From Eledone cirrhosa (Eukaryota): 64,000 nucleotides of DNA. The notes beneath the pieces are model-generated. The model was not told the origin of the DNA. It ran no database searches and worked only from the letters and a program-made list of their open reading frames with translations. Made by a program: the position numbers and the translations under genes. Shown here one piece after another: positions 1-14,100 of the stretch. How positions within the stretch are numbered: position 1 is the first letter of the stretch; every line of letters begins with the position of its first letter. The DNA lies in assembly GCA_964016885.1 (NCBI GenBank), contig OZ024741.1, positions 316,200,001 through 316,264,000 of the forward strand, given 5' to 3'.

Positions 1-229
1 CACCTTCTTTTTACCTCCTCTGCCAGTCACTCTCTTTCCGCTGGCCTCTTCCTCACACTTTCACTCACTCTTTGCTTCTCCCCCTCTCTCACTTCCTCCC
101 GTTTGACCTGTGTGAAATCCTTTTCTCGCTCACATCTCACACAGGCCGGATGGTCTGTATCTCTCCTCGTCTATGATTTCACAGAACTTAAGTTCACAGA
201 TATCACGGACTTGTTTCTCCTCTTCCTAT

Positions 230-409
230 CTTTCCGTTGCATTACCATCTTTGTTTGTTTACATGTCTCGCTCACTTCACCCTATTTTACGTGTCCCAAT
301 AACTTTCTTTGGTTATTGCTGGCACCAACCAGAGGTATATGATCTTTAAAGCGAAGAAATACCAATGAAGGCTGGAAGATCACTGATGAAGGACTAATTT
401 TATTCATAT
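230..409 (+). repeat. Dispersed repeat, possibly Penelope pseudo-LTR-like; inverted copy at 42957-43127
   Basis: 'accaatgaaggctggaagatcactgatgaaggactaattttattcat' is the near reverse complement of 42957-43005, with similarity over ~170 bp; contains CTGATGA but no matching GAAA. Confidence 0.6.
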
Positions 410-445
410 GTAACCCATGTGCAACCACGCAGCACGCCATTTTTC

Positions 446-484
<39 letters not shown>

Positions 485-493
485 CATATATAT

Positions 494-582
<89 letters not shown>

Positions 583-637
583 TAAAATATAAATATAAAT
601 ATAAATATAAATATAAATATATAAATATAAATATAAA
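446..637. repeat. (TA)n microsatellite followed by (ATATAA)n
   Basis: Direct reading. Confidence 0.95.
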
Positions 638-682
638 TACTTTTTATATTTACCATTACCTTCCTGTTCCGTATAACCATGT

Positions 683-737
683 CCATTACGAGCTGAGGAT
701 CCGCTACGCCTTGGTGAAACAATTTTTCTCGGTATGG
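683..737 (+). ncRNA. Degenerate minimal type-I hammerhead ribozyme motif
   Basis: ccattacgag-CTGAGGA-tccgctacgccttggt-GAAA-caattttt-ctcggtatgg; helix I pairs (cgag/ctcg, ccat/atgg); helix III would be palindromic ACAATTGT but for one G>T change. Confidence 0.45.
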
Positions 738-763
738 TGAACTAACCGTTGTGTAACCACTTC

Positions 764-827
<64 letters not shown>

Positions 828-853
828 TGTGTGTATATATGTATATATACATA

Positions 854-915
<62 letters not shown>

Positions 916-928
916 CGTGTGTGTGTGT
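764..928. repeat. (GATA)n and (GT)n microsatellites
   Basis: Direct reading. Confidence 0.95.
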
Positions 929-1344
929 ATTAAAACACCTAGAGAAGGCCGGACTGGAAAATGTTGATGAATACTTTCCTCCCTTCCTGCACCAACCACT
1001 GGATACAACATCTACGATGGATGATTTGTATAACTTTGAATCCTTTAATTAATTTATTGCATCATCGTTTACCAACCCGAAGCACCGGTTCTACCTATTG
1101 GTAAACAACTTAACACAAATTATATATTTATATATATAGAGAGAGAGAGGGGGGAGAGGGGATGAAAGAGAAAAACGTGTACTATATTAACCATTCACTT
1201 ACCTGCTTTCTGTCTCATCTCTGAAGAACATTCTCTTTCTCGTTCCCATTCTACCCCACCGACTCATACACTGATGCACACATACCAACAGACACACACA
1301 CACGGGGTGTTGTTACTGTTGCTAAGGATCCAGCTCAGGAGATT

Positions 1345-1665
1345 CAGCGTGATACAGTGTATGAGAAGTCTTTACCCTTTGTATTACAGATAGAATTCAT
1401 GTTTTGTAGCTGAATGAACTGAAGCAATGTGAAATATAATTGTTTCTACTTTTGGCACAAGGCCAGCAATTATCCCAGTGTATTACTGGTACTTTATTTT
1501 ATCGACCCCGTAAGGATGAAAAGTAAAGTTAACCTCGGCGGGATTTGAACTCAGACCATAAAGGGCCGTAAAATGTGAAATATAATGTCTTTTTTCAGGG
1601 ACACAACGCACCTCAGTGAATCGAATTCAATATCTTACGATTGTGAGTCCAATACTGATCCGCCT
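1345..1665 (-). mobile_element. Older tRNA-derived SINE interrupted by a younger SINE
   Basis: 'agctgaatgaactgaagcaatgtgaaat...cagggacacaacgc...gaatcgaa' resembles the SINE at 55520-55791. Confidence 0.55.
1441..1571 (-). mobile_element. 5'-truncated tRNA-derived SINE with 15-bp TSD
   Basis: Antisense B-box 'gggatttgaactc'; body shared with copies at 42482, 46185 and 63811; TSD aatgtgaaatataat at 1426-1440 and 1572-1586. Confidence 0.85.
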
Positions 1666-2423
1666 TCACACCCGGTTTGTAATTTAGACATTACAATTCA
1701 TTATTGTCCAGCATATTAAAGGGTTTTATGATGTTAAATTTTTCATCAAGACAGAGCAGGATTTTTTTCAGTTAGATAACGTGTTCTTAAGCAAATCTCT
1801 TCACTCCACATTGCTGCAATCGAATTAGCTGATGAGCTTCCGGGTTTGGAACATATTGCAACTCTTTTACGGCGTTCTTGGTCCCCAGACTTCCTCCCTA
1901 CCCATTACAACCGAGCAGATTTGGCCACCCACAGGAGCGAGCCCCACGAGTTGGAATTCTTATTCCAATGCATCTCATTCGCGATGCTCCGGGGAAACGT
2001 TTTCTCCATTCTGTCCAATGTGATCACGTGGTGACCTGACCTGCGCATGTGCTCCCACACACACCTGATCTCTCACGCCGTTCGCACGCGAATCATTGGC
2101 GTAGTGATGTTGAGACATAAAAATGGAATCTGATCTTATATATGTGCACTTGTGTGTCATTTCGCCATCGAAAAGGTTTAAGTTTCACCATCGAGCAAAT
2201 AAATATTTCACAAAATAAAAAAAAAATTTAATTTAAGATAATTGTATGATGATAAAACTTCTCAGCAAGGTAAAGCGGGTTGCTGTTTTCGATGTTGTTC
2301 TAGATTTTGTGAATCTCCCCTGAATTACAGCTGCGACCCTTTATTTTCTCCATTTTGACACACACATACGCACAACAGTTTACACACCCAATTTATTCAA
2401 CTAATAACGACATTAGCTTACTA

Positions 2424-2728
2424 GGTTCTCAAACTTTTGAGGCCATCAACCCCTCACGGCCAAGTAGTATTCTCACAACAACCCCTCCAACCCTATTTCC
2501 AGACAGACCTGCCGACACGCAAATTGTAAATAATATATAATAAATAAAATCGTTAATTTATATATAATATATACTATGTACAAATAAATATTACATATTT
2601 TTTATTTTACTGTATTGATATATAATATGTATCATTTTATATTTAATATATTATTATATCATTTCTACCATGCCCTGGGCCTTCTCAATGCTCCACGGGC
2701 GCTGTAGCACCCACTTTGAGAACCTCTG
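2424..2728. mobile_element. Non-autonomous hAT-type MITE
   Basis: TIR ggttctcaaa...tttgagaacc(tctg); 8-bp TSD GCTTACTA at 2416-2423 and 2729-2736. Confidence 0.7.
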
Positions 2729-3102
2729 GCTTACTACATAACATACTCCCTTCCACCAGAAGCCATAATTTCTCCTGCTTTTGTTTTACTATTACTCATC
2801 ACATTCGTACTTTAAGCACACAACACATTGTACCTTTACCTCGATCTACTTCACCTTTCAATTTATTACAAATTTAAACTTATAAGTTGCCAGCTCCATA
2901 TGAGAGAAAGTACTTAACGAGGTACCATAAGGTAGGAATTAACCTAAAACAACGTGAATGAGAAGCGAACCTCTTAAACACTCGGATAGACGTGGGTGTG
3001 TGTGTGTACATAGTTGAGTACAGCGGGTATATATGTAACTGTGCATATGCATACATGTGTATGTAGGTATGTATATATGTATCTATGTATGTATGTAAAA
3101 AG

Positions 3103-3540
3103 GGCAAAGGAGCTCTTAAGAGTCAATGGCCATCCAAAATCACCGGGAGAGATGACCCCCTTAGCCTTTGTCAAGGCAGAATTCTAGAAGGAAAACTCTG
3201 ATATAACACCTGCAACCCTGATGGTATCCAATGATGTTGATTTGTTCTTCTTTTTGGTAAATATCATCTTAGTTAAGAGAGTGGGACTGGCTTTGTGCAG
3301 TACCTTTGCTCACTATAAAAGCTTCACGACACAGGCATTGCTTTATATCTGGAGATCTCTCTGCACTTGTACCATGGGTCCAGCACTATGTGTCAATAAT
3401 TGTCACAAGTGTAGTGTTTGTACCAGAGTTTTCAAGTCGCTGGCTGGACTAAAAAGTCACACTTGTTCAGCGCATCGGTAGGGGTTCTCCTACATGGATA
3501 TAAAGTAGTGGCCGTACTCGAAAATGAGTTGGCAGCCACC
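3103..3540 (+). mobile_element. RTE-clade LINE derivative (internally deleted) with microsatellite tail
   Basis: C-terminal C2H2-like CSVCTRVFKSLAGLKSH, typical of RTE/BovB ORF ends; short 3' UTR then (ATGT)n/(AGGT)n. Confidence 0.55.
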
Positions 3541-3690
3541 ATGTATGTATGTATGTAGGTAGGTAGGTAGGTAGGTAGGTAGGTAGGTAGGTAGGTAGGT
3601 AGGTAGGTAGGTAGGTAGGTAGGTAGGAAACTAGGTAGGTATGTATATATTTATGTGTGTGTATGTAGATAGGTAGGTAGGTGTATGTGT
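3541..3690. repeat. (ATGT)n/(AGGT)n microsatellite
   Basis: Direct reading. Confidence 0.9.
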
Positions 3691-4320
3691 GTGTAGAAGA
3701 TCACGCCACCTAGCTTTGACTTTGGAGGCAGTCGATTAACTGCCCTTAGTTCTGACTTCACGTTCTGACGTCAGTAGCTGAATAAACTCTCTCTTCGGCT
3801 TTTGTCTCTTTCCAACTTTGTGTGTTGAGGCGAACAGACGCGTTTCACGTTGGAGAAACAGCGATAGTACACCATGCGGTCACGGGATAATTGAAGACCG
3901 CCAATTAATGATAATTACGAATTATCAACCTAGGAACAACTGCTATGATAACCTGTTTTGTTAATTGCTCTGATTAAAATGCTCATGTACATATAATCTC
4001 GAGGTATGTTCTTTTTGCTTAATTGTGTGCCTACACCTAACAGCAAATAGTAGAGATGTTCTACCAGCCAATCTAGGGAAACGAACTCCCCTCTAAATCA
4101 TAAAAACAATGCAGCCTTCTAAAATGGTGACCATCTCTCCTAAATGTGTATGTATGTTCTTCGGTTTCTAACATAGACACAAGACTCTCTCATTGGAATT
4201 TACACAACATCAACTAGGTAGATTATGTATGCATGCATGTTTAGATATGTATGTGTATGTTTTGAGTTGTATGTGTGCATGTGTATATGCTTTGTATCTG
4301 TACATGTGTATATGCAGTTA

Positions 4321-5247
4321 TTAGATGCAACATTTTTGGAATGTTTTACATATATTTACTGTTCCATTAATGGATTGTACTTGTAATTTCCTAACTAGTT
4401 GTGTTCTTTCTGTTCCTGTGAAGCCTAGCTTCTCAAGATCTGCATTGAGGCAGTTCCTAACATACCCCAGTGCCCCAATAATCACAAGCATAAATCTGAA
4501 GGTGTAATCAGGGTGGAGTATCTGCAGATTTCTCATCAGTTCTGCATAAATATTCTCCTTTTCGCTAATCTTTGATATTATATTGGCATCTGCTGGGCAG
4601 CTAATTTCCACTACTGTGCATGCTTTCTTCTCCCTGTCCCACATCATAATATATGGTCTGTTATGCCTGCATTTTATTGGGGTTTTTACTGGAACATTCC
4701 ACCAGTACTCTTTCGTATTATGTACATGGATGTCTTCCACATTGCTGTAGCTTTTAATGTGTTTATTATCGGGGCTATCATTTTTACGAACTGCATCGTA
4801 CAGTGTTTTGGCCACTACATCATGCCTCATAGGTAGATAGTACCACGATGACACCTTTGGATGGCTGCTGATGACAAGGGTGATATCCTCGATGTTAGTT
4901 CTACAGAGTCTGCACTTGTTATCACATCTAGGTGTTTTGCCTGCATCCCTATCTCTTTTGTGAATCAGGTATTCCGTGTTAATCTCCTGTTCTTGGATTG
5001 CAAAAGCGTATCCTTCAAAGTGGGAGCCAATATAGCGGTTGTTGGTCCAAGATAGACTACTTTCCTTATCTATATTACTCTCACTCTGGAGCTTCCTGGC
5101 AACATATCCATGCATGGTTTTTTGCTGATAAGCATGCAGTTTTTCATCCATGGATTCACTGCGATACTGCTGAGCAACTTCCCTGGGTGTGAGTTTTTGA
5201 TTATCACACAGGGAATATCTCTCGAGGAGTTCCTTCCCAACTCTCAT
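4321..5247 (-). pseudogene. R4/Dong-like non-LTR retrotransposon, C-terminal zinc knuckle plus restriction-like endonuclease fragment
   Basis: IQEQEI, CRLC, RHDVVA, HNRP(Y for D)I, VVEISCP and EKENIY motifs; CCHC and PD residues degenerate; no RT domain. Confidence 0.8.
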
Positions 5248-5761
5248 GATCTTATCTGTTTTATGCAGATAGACTTGCTCGAGAGACGGGCTCCTACGCT
5301 TCGAGGTTCGTAGATGTTGTCGGAGAGTTATGATGCGAGATATGTATGTATGTATGCACGTATATATGTAGGTACGTAGGTAGGTATTTATTTATAAATG
5401 TATTTATTTGTGTATGTACCTAGGAGTGTATATTTATGTTCCTGAATGTGTATGTTTGTGAACAGTTGAGTACACCACGTGTATGTGCATATGTGATAGT
5501 TATTATGTTTATGTATATATAAGTATGTATATCAATGTAAGATATGTGAATGTATATATATATACATATATATATATATATACATATACACACATATATA
5601 TATATGTAAACAAATATATATTTATATATTTGTTTACAAACAAACCGAACATTACAATAAATGTTCGGTAAACCCATACGTACATATATATGTGTGCATG
5701 TATGTATATATATACATACTACTGTACGTCTGTATACATATATGTATGTACGTATACAAAC

Positions 5762-5801
<40 letters not shown>

Positions 5802-6021
5802 AATGTGGGTAATATTAAATATTATCCAATTACATGTATGAGAATTGTTCAGTGTAAAATAACAAGTATATTACAGAGCTGAAATACATTTATAATATAT
5901 ATTATATATATACACACTGTGTGTATATATAACTGAACACACCATATAATTACTACCCACCACATTAATTTCCTGTTAATTCGTTTGTTTATTTAAAAAA
6001 TGTTTACAGTTATTTGAGCTA

Positions 6022-6122
6022 GTGGTGGTGGTGGTGGTGGTGGTGGTGGTGGTGGTGGTGGTGGTGGTGGTGGTGGTGATGGCGGTGATGGTGATGGTGG
6101 TGATGGTGATGTTGATGATGAT
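6022..6122. repeat. (GTG)n/(GAT)n trinucleotide microsatellite
   Basis: Direct reading. Confidence 0.9.
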
Positions 6123-6344
6123 CATGTTGGTGGAGTGCATGTGTGGTGTGTGTATATGTATGTGAGTGCGTGAGTATATGTATAAGTATGGGTGTGTAAG
6201 TGTGTGTGTAAAATTAACTATTTTAATTACCGTTTGGAAAATTAATCAATTCATATTGAAAAACAACAACAACAATATTGTAATGATTAAAGATAATAAT
6301 AATATTAACAACAAAAGAAGAAGAAGAGCAATAATAATAATAAT

Positions 6345-6406
6345 AATTGTTTCTACTTTTGGCACAAGGCCAGCAACTACCCAGTAGTACCTGGTACTTT
6401 ATTTTA
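6345..6406 (-). mobile_element. SINE 3' fragment
   Basis: ttgtttctacttttggcacaaggccagcaa, same end as the 1441 copy. Confidence 0.7.
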
Positions 6407-6420
6407 TAATAATAATAATA

Positions 6421-8180
6421 ATTTCTTTATTGGCCTCACGGGCCGAAGCATGTAGGCCAGTACAAAAGACAGGGACAGCGAAGTTTTATATAAGATTGAA
6501 AAAAATTAAAACAATAAAATTATGACAATAAAAATTAACCATTAGAGGGGAGCACCACCCAGGGGTGACTTAAGAATCCCACAGATCGTAATTCATTCTA
6601 AATTCCAAGAGCATCATGGGAAGGTGTCCCTCTCCTTTCTAAAAATTCCAGTCTGTAGGCGCACTGTCTGAGTAAGCTCATTCACTCGGACCATCCTCGC
6701 TACATTTATCCATCTTTTAACAAATGTACTGGAAGCAGCACTTCTCTCTCCAACATCACCTTCCTTTCCAAGTAGAATTTGAAAACGTTGCTGAAATCGT
6801 GCCCGAATATGAAAGTCTCTGTCGTCAGTCCTTTCAGCTGCGTCCACCACACAACCTCTTTCGCTACAGCTACCATGCAGAGAAAAACTGCTTCCCATTC
6901 CCGGCCAAACAAAGGTGGCGGAGCGATCTTCTCGATGGACTCGGTCGTTAGCCTGATCCGTCCAATACGCGATAATAGCTGTTTAACAACACTCCACAAG
7001 TCGGCAATGCTCGAACATTGGATGAGCGCGTGAAAAATGGTTTCATCACTCTGCGTACATCTCGGATAGGTTCGTCTGACAGCACTTGTATGCTTGTAGA
7101 ATTTGTCTCGAACCGGTAGCACTGTCAAGCTAAGGATTTCTAGAAATTGTCCACAGACCTCGGCTCGAAAGTCCTCTGGAACAGACTAGTTAGTTGAATT
7201 TCATTGATGCGTTGAAGAAATGGTCTACTGCCATTCTTGTCGCTAGGACGTCGGTTGCAATGTCACTCCTAATTGTCTCATCTAATTCAGCTACTAACTA
7301 TACCACTTTTCTATTTGTTCAATCGATACTTCTTTACTAAATTCTATTGGTTCTACACCAATCGCTCTGTTAAGGACGCCCCACCACCTGTTGTTGACGG
7401 CTGCCTCTGATACCTGGTGCTTTAACGAATGAATTAATCCTGTCGCTGGAAATGACGCGTTAAGCTTCCAGTAACCGGGTCTAGATTTATCTAATTCGAC
7501 CATGCAGTTCACGCACTTCTCGCCTGAATAGGCAACAGTTTGACATTGTGGACACCCTATACTGTTCATATCTGCTAACCTCCTAAAACCTAATCTACGT
7601 ATGTCCTAGATGACTCTATGCGATTGGTCGGAAACCACAAGGGTGCATTCAGGAAATCTAGTCGGTAACTGTCAGACAGTTAGAATTTCCTGGTCAGATT
7701 CTTGAGGCTTTTGCATACCCACTTCTATCAGCTACATCCACTCAGTCCCAGCATGTGACCATGATGCCGTTCCAATCCCCTGCTAACATTAAAGGGTGAA
7801 ACATTCCTAAATAGACTTCCAGACGTCTGAAGAAATTCAGCCGTCCAGCCCCAATCGGAATCTAAAAGCACTACCCTCGCTATTGCTCACACCCAGCATC
7901 ATCAACTTACATCTGGGTCCAGGAAGATCGTCCGGACCTCAAGATCCAGGCCTTTCCTAAACAGTACTGCTACCCCGACTCCCATTCCAGACCACCAAAT
8001 GGGGCGTAGATCGCAAAATCGGCAAAAATGGGTGGATGAGAGCGCGTTTCAGAAATCCTGGTCTAGCTGCTGGCTGTTACATCCATAGCTAGTAACATGA
8101 GGTCGTTGGGCAGGCGACCTTGTTTCATAGACGACTCCAGGTCACGTATATTTATGCAATCTTCTGTTAAAGTTACTAAG
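6421..8180 (-). mobile_element. Degenerate Tx1/L1-clade element with the RT domain deleted
   Basis: Endonuclease region (~7290-8170; AYSG, PGYWKLN, VNNRWW) joined almost directly to the C-terminal region (LPVRDK, PRC, ETIFHALIQC); homologous to 58563-62000; 3' end aataaagaaat + (TTA)n. Confidence 0.85.
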
Positions 8181-8187
8181 CCTCCGT

Positions 8188-11100
8188 ATGTTGGTGTGGT
8201 TTGTGTTGGTGGTGGTATTGGTGATGTTGGTGTTGGTGGTTGTATTGGTGATGTTGGTGTTGGTGGTTGTATTGGTGATGTTGGTAGTTGTATTAATTAT
8301 GTTGGTGGTTGTGATTGTATTAGTGATGTTGGTGTTGGTGGTTGTATTGGTGATGTTGCTAGTTGTATTAGCGATGTTGGTGATGGTGATGTTGGTGGTT
8401 GTATTGGTGATGTTGGTGTTGGTTGTTGTATTAGTGATGGTGATGTTGGCGTTGGTTGTTGTATTAGTGATGTTGGTGTTGGTGGTTGTATTAGTGATGT
8501 TGGTGTTGGTGGTTGTATTGGTGATGTTGGTGTTGGTTGTTGTATTAGTGATGGTGATGTTGGTGTTGGTGGTTGTATTGGTGATGTTGGTGTTGGTGGT
8601 TGTATTGGTGATGTTGGTGTTGGTGGTTGTATTGGTGATGTTGGTGTTGGTTGTTGTATTGGTGATGTTGGTGTTGGTGGTTGTATTGGTGATGTTGGTG
8701 TTGGTGGTTGTATTGGTGATGTTGGTGTTGGTGGTTATATTGGTGATGTTGGTGTTGGTGGTTGTATTAGTGATGTTGGTGTTGGTGGTTGTATTGGTGA
8801 TGTTGGTGTTGGTGGTTGTATTGGTGATGTTGGTGTTGGTGGTTGTATTGGTGATGTTGGTGTTGGTGGTTATATCGGTGATGTTGGTGTTGGTGGTTGT
8901 ATTAGTGATGTTGGTGTTGGTGGTTGTATTAGTGATGTTGGTGTTGGTTGTTGTATTGGTGATGTTGGTGTTGGTGGTTGTATTGGTGATGTTGATGTTG
9001 GTGGTTGTATTAGTGATGTTGGTGTTGGTTGTTGTATTGGTGATGTTGGTGTTGGTGGTTGTATTGGTGATATTGGTGTTGGTGGTTGTATTGGTGATGT
9101 TGGTGTTGGTGGTTGTATTAGTGATGTTGGTGTTGGTTGTTATATTGGTGATGTTGGTGTTGGTTGTTGTATTAGTGATGTTGGTGTTGGTGGTTATATT
9201 GGTGATGTTGGTGTTGGTTGTTGTATTAGTGATGTTGGTGTTGGTGGTTGTATTGGTGATGTTGGTGTTGGTGGTTGTATTGGTGATGTTGGTGTTGGTG
9301 GTTGTATTAGTGATGTTGGTGTTGGTGGTTGTGTTGGTGATGTTGGTGTTGGTTGTTGTATTAGTGATGTTGGTGTTGGTGGTTGTATTAGTGATGTTGG
9401 TGTTGGTGGTTGTATTGGTGATGTTGGTGTTGGTTGTTGTATTGGTGATGTTGGTGTTGGTGGTTGAATTGGTGATGTTGGTGTTGGTTGTTGTATTGGG
9501 GATGTTGGTGTTGGTTGTTATATTGGTGATGTTGGTGTTGGTTGTTGTATTAGTGATGTTGGTGTTGGTGGTTATATTGGTGATGTTGGTGTTGGTTGTT
9601 GTATTAGTGATGTTGGTGTTGGTGGTTGTATTGGTGATGTTGGTGTTGGTGGTTGTATTGGTGATGTTGGTGTTGGTGGTTGTATTGGTGATATTGGTGT
9701 TGGTGGTTATATTAGTAATGTTGGTGTTGGTGGTTGTATTAGTGATGTTGGTGTTGGTGGTTGTATTGGTGATGTTGGTGTTGGTTGTTGTATTGGTGAT
9801 GTTGGTGTTGGTTGTTGTATTGGTGATGTTGGTGTTGGTTGTTGTATTGGTGATGTTGGTGTTGGTTGTTGTATTGGTGATGTTGGTGTTGGTTGTTGTA
9901 TTGGTGATGTTGATGTTGGTGGTTGTATTGGTGATGTTGGTGTTAGTTGTTGTATTGGTGATGTTGGTGTTGGTTGTTGTATTGGTGATGTTGGTGTTGG
10001 TTGTTGTATTAGTGATGTTGGTGTTGGTTGTATTAGTGATGTTGGTGTTGGTTGTTGTATTGGTGATGTTGGTGTTGGTGGTTGTATTGGTGATGTTGGT
10101 GTTGGTTGTTGTATTGGTGATGTTGGTGTTGGTTTGGTGGTGTTGGTGGTTGTATTAGTGATGTTGGTGTTGGTTGTTGTATTCGTGATGTTGGTGTTGG
10201 TGGTTGTATTGGTGATGTTGGTGTTGGTTGTTGTATTAGTGATGTTGGTGTTGGTTGTTGTATTGGTGATGTTGGTGTTGGTGGTTTTATTGTATTGGTG
10301 GTGTTGGTGGTTGTATTAGTGATGTTGGTGTTGGTTGTTGTATTGGTGATGTTGGTGTTGGTTGTTGTATTAGTGATGTTGGTGTTGGTTGTTGTATTGG
10401 TGATGTTGATGTTGGTGGTTGTATTAGTGATGTTGGTGTTGGTGGTTGTATTGGTGATGTTGGTGTTGGTGGTTGTATTAGTGATGTTGATGTTGGTTGT
10501 TGTATTGGTAATGCTGGTGTTGGTGGTTGTATTAGTGATGTTGGTGTTGGTTGTTGTATTGGTGATGTTGGTGTTGGTGGTTGTATTAGTGATGTTGGTG
10601 TTGGTTGTTGTATTGGTGATGTTGGTGTTGGTGGTTGTATTGGTGATGTTGGTGTTGGTTGTTGTATTGGTGATGTTGGTGTTGATGGTTGTATTGGTGA
10701 TGTTGGTGTTGGTTGTTGTATTGTTAATGTTGGTGTTGGTGGTTACATTAGTGATGTTGGTGTTGGTGGTTGTATTAGTGATGTTGGTGTTGGTTGTTGT
10801 ATTGGTGATGTTGGTGTTGGTGGTTGTATTGGTGATGTTGGTGTTGGTTGTTGTATTGGTGATGTTGGTGTTGGTGGTTGTATTAGTGATGTTGGTGTTG
10901 GTGGTTGTATTAGTGATGTTGGTGTTGGTGGTTGTATTAGTGATGTTGGTGTTGGTTGTTGTATTGGTGATGTTGGTGTTGGTGGTTGTATTAGTGATGT
11001 TGGTGTTGGTGGTTGTATTAGTGATGTTGGTGTTGGTGGTTGTATTGGTGATGTTGGTGTTGGTTGTTGTATTAGTGATGTTGGTGTTGGTGGTTGTATT

Positions 11101-14100
11101 GGTGATGTTGGTGTTGGTGGTTGTATTAGTGATGTTGGTGTTGGTGGTTGTATTGGTGATGTTGGTGTTGGTGGTTATATTGGTGATGTTGGTGTTGGTT
11201 GTTGTATTGGTGATGTTGGTGTTGGTTGTTGTATTAGTGATATTGGTGTTGGTGGTTGTATTAGTGATGTTGGTGTTGGTGGTTGTATTGGTGATGTTGG
11301 TGTTGGTTGTTGTATTGGTGATGTTGGTGGTTGTATTGGTGATGTTGGTGTTGGTTGTTGTATTGGTGATGTTGGTGTTGGTTGTTGCATTAGTGATGTT
11401 GGTGTTTGTGGTTGTATTAGTGATGTTGGTGTTGGTGGTTGTATTAGTGATGTTGGTGTTGGTGGTTGTATTAGTGATGTTGGTGTTGGTTGTTGTATTG
11501 GTGATGTTGGTGTTGGTGGTTGAATTGGTGATGTTGGTGTTGGTTGTTGTATTGGGGATGTTGGTGTTGGTTGTTATATTGGTGATGTTGGTGTTGGTTG
11601 TTGTATTAGTGATGTTGGTGTTGGTGGTTATATTGGTGATGTTGGTGTTGGTTGTTGTATTAGTGATGTTGGTGTTGGTGGTTGTATTGGTGATGTTGGT
11701 GTTGGTGGTTGTATTGGTGATGTTGGTGTTGGTGGTTGTATTGGTGATATTGGTGTTGGTGGTTATATTAGTAATGTTGGTGTTGGTGGTTGTATTAGTG
11801 ATGTTGGTGTTGGTGGTTGTATTGGTGATGTTGGTGTTGGTTGTTGTATTGGTGATGTTGGTGTTGGTTGTTGTATTGGTGATGTTGGTGTTGGTTGTTG
11901 TATTGGTGATGTTGGTGTTGGTTGTTGTATTGGTGATGTTGGTGTTGGTTGTTGTATTGGTGATGTTGATGTTGGTGGTTGTATTGGTGATGTTGGTGTT
12001 AGTTGTTGTATTGGTGATGTTGGTGTTGGTTGTTGTATTGGTGATGTTGGTGTTGGTTGTTGTATTAGTGATGTTGGTGTTGGTTGTATTAGTGATGTTG
12101 GTGTTGGTTGTTGTATTGGTGATGTTGGTGTTGGTGGTTGTATTGGTGATGTTGGTGTTGGTTGTTGTATTGGTGATGTTGGTGTTGGTTTGGTGGTGTT
12201 GGTGGTTGTATTAGTGATGTTGGTGTTGGTTGTTGTATTCGTGATGTTGGTGTTGGTGGTTGTATTGGTGATGTTGGTGTTGGTTGTTGTATTAGTGATG
12301 TTGGTGTTGGTTGTTGTATTGGTGATGTTGGTGTTGGTGGTTTTATTGTATTGGTGGTGTTGGTGGTTGTATTAGTGATGTTGGTGTTGGTTGTTGTATT
12401 GGTGATGTTGGTGTTGGTTGTTGTATTAGTGATGTTGGTGTTGGTTGTTGTATTGGTGATGTTGATGTTGGTGGTTGTATTAGTGATGTTGGTGTTGGTG
12501 GTTGTATTGGTGATGTTGGTGTTGGTGGTTGTATTAGTGATGTTGATGTTGGTTGTTGTATTGGTGATGTTGGTGTTGGTGGTTGTATTAGTGATGTTGG
12601 TGTTGGTTGTTGTATTGGTGATGTTGGTGTTGGTGGTTGTATTAGTGATGTTGGTGTTGGTTGTTGTATTGGTGATGTTGGTGTTGGTGGTTGTATTGGT
12701 GATGTTGGTGTTGGTTGTTGTATTGGTGATGTTGGTGTTGATGGTTGTATTGGTGATGTTGGTGTTGGTTGTTGTATTGGTAATGTTGGTGTTGGTGGTT
12801 ACATTAGTGATGTTGGTGTTGCTGGTTGTATTAGTGATGTTGGTGTTGGTTGTTGTATTGGTGATGTTGGTGTTGGTGGTTGTATTGGTGATGTTGGTGT
12901 TGGTTGTTGTATTGGTGATGTTGGTGTTGGTGGTTGTATTAGTGATGTTGGTGTTGGTGGTTGTATTAGTGATGTTGGTGTTGGTGGTTGTATTAGTGAT
13001 GTTGGTGTTGGTTGTTGTATTGGTGATGTTGGTGTTGGTGGTTGTATTAGTGATGTTGGTGTTGGTGGTTGTATTAGTGATGTTGGTGTTGGTGGTTGTA
13101 TTAGTGATGTTGGTGTTGGTTGTTGTATTGGTGATGTTGGTGTTGGTGGTTGTATTAGTGATGTTGGTGTTGGTGGTTGTATTAGTGATGTTGGTGTTGG
13201 TGGTTGTATTGGTGATGTTGGTGTTGGTTGTTGTATTAGTGATGTTGGTGTTGGTGGTTGTATTGGTGATGTTGGTGTTGGTGGTTGTATTAGTGATGTT
13301 GGTGTTGGTGGTTGTATTGGTGATGTTGGTGTTGGTGGTTATATTGGTGATGTTGGTGTTGGTTGTTGTATTGGTGATGTTGGTGTTGGTTGTTGTATTA
13401 GTGATGTTGGTGTTGGTGGTTGTATTAGTGATGTTGGTGTTGGTGGTTGTATTGGTGATGTTGGTGTTGGTTGTTGTATTGGTGATGTTGGTGGGTGTAT
13501 TGGTGATGTTGGTGTTGGTTGTTGTATTGGTGATGTTGGTGTTGGTTGTTGCATTAGTGATGTTGGTGTTGGTGGTTGTATTGGTTTTGTTGGTGTTGGT
13601 GGTTGTATTGGTGATGTTGGTGTTGGTGGTTGTATTGGTGATGTTGGTGTTGGTGGTTATATCGGTGATGTTGGTGTTGGTGGTTGTATTAGTGATGTTG
13701 GTGTTGGTGGTTGTATTAGTGATGTTGGTGTTGGTTGTTGTATTGGTGATGTTGGTGTTGGTGGTTGTATTGGTGATGTTGATGTTGGTGGTTGTATTAG
13801 TGATGTTGGTGTTGGTTGTTGTATTGGTGATGTTGGTGTTGGTGGTTGTATTGGTGATATTGGTGTTGGTGGTTGTATTGGTGATGTTGGTGTTGGTGGT
13901 TGTATTAGTGATGTTGGTGTTGGTTGTTATATTGGTGATGTTGGTGTTGGTTGTTGTATTAGTGATGTTGGTGTTGGTGGTTATATTGGTGATGTTGGTG
14001 TTGGTTGTTGTATTAGTGATGTTGGTGTTGGTGGTTGTATTGGTGATGTTGGTGTTGGTGGTTGTATTGGTGATGTTGGTGTTGGTGGTTGTATTAGTGA

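Noticed and set aside
417-1052. [12 protein letters not shown] ORFs here and at 37-51 kb
   Set aside because: Microsatellite translations.
1221-1250. CTGAAGA as a hammerhead core (also 4867, 7828)
   Set aside because: No stem-GAAA-helix I arrangement follows.
1790-2200. GC-richer unique-looking segment with short ORFs
   Set aside because: No recognisable protein motif, termini or splice structure; cannot be classified by eye.
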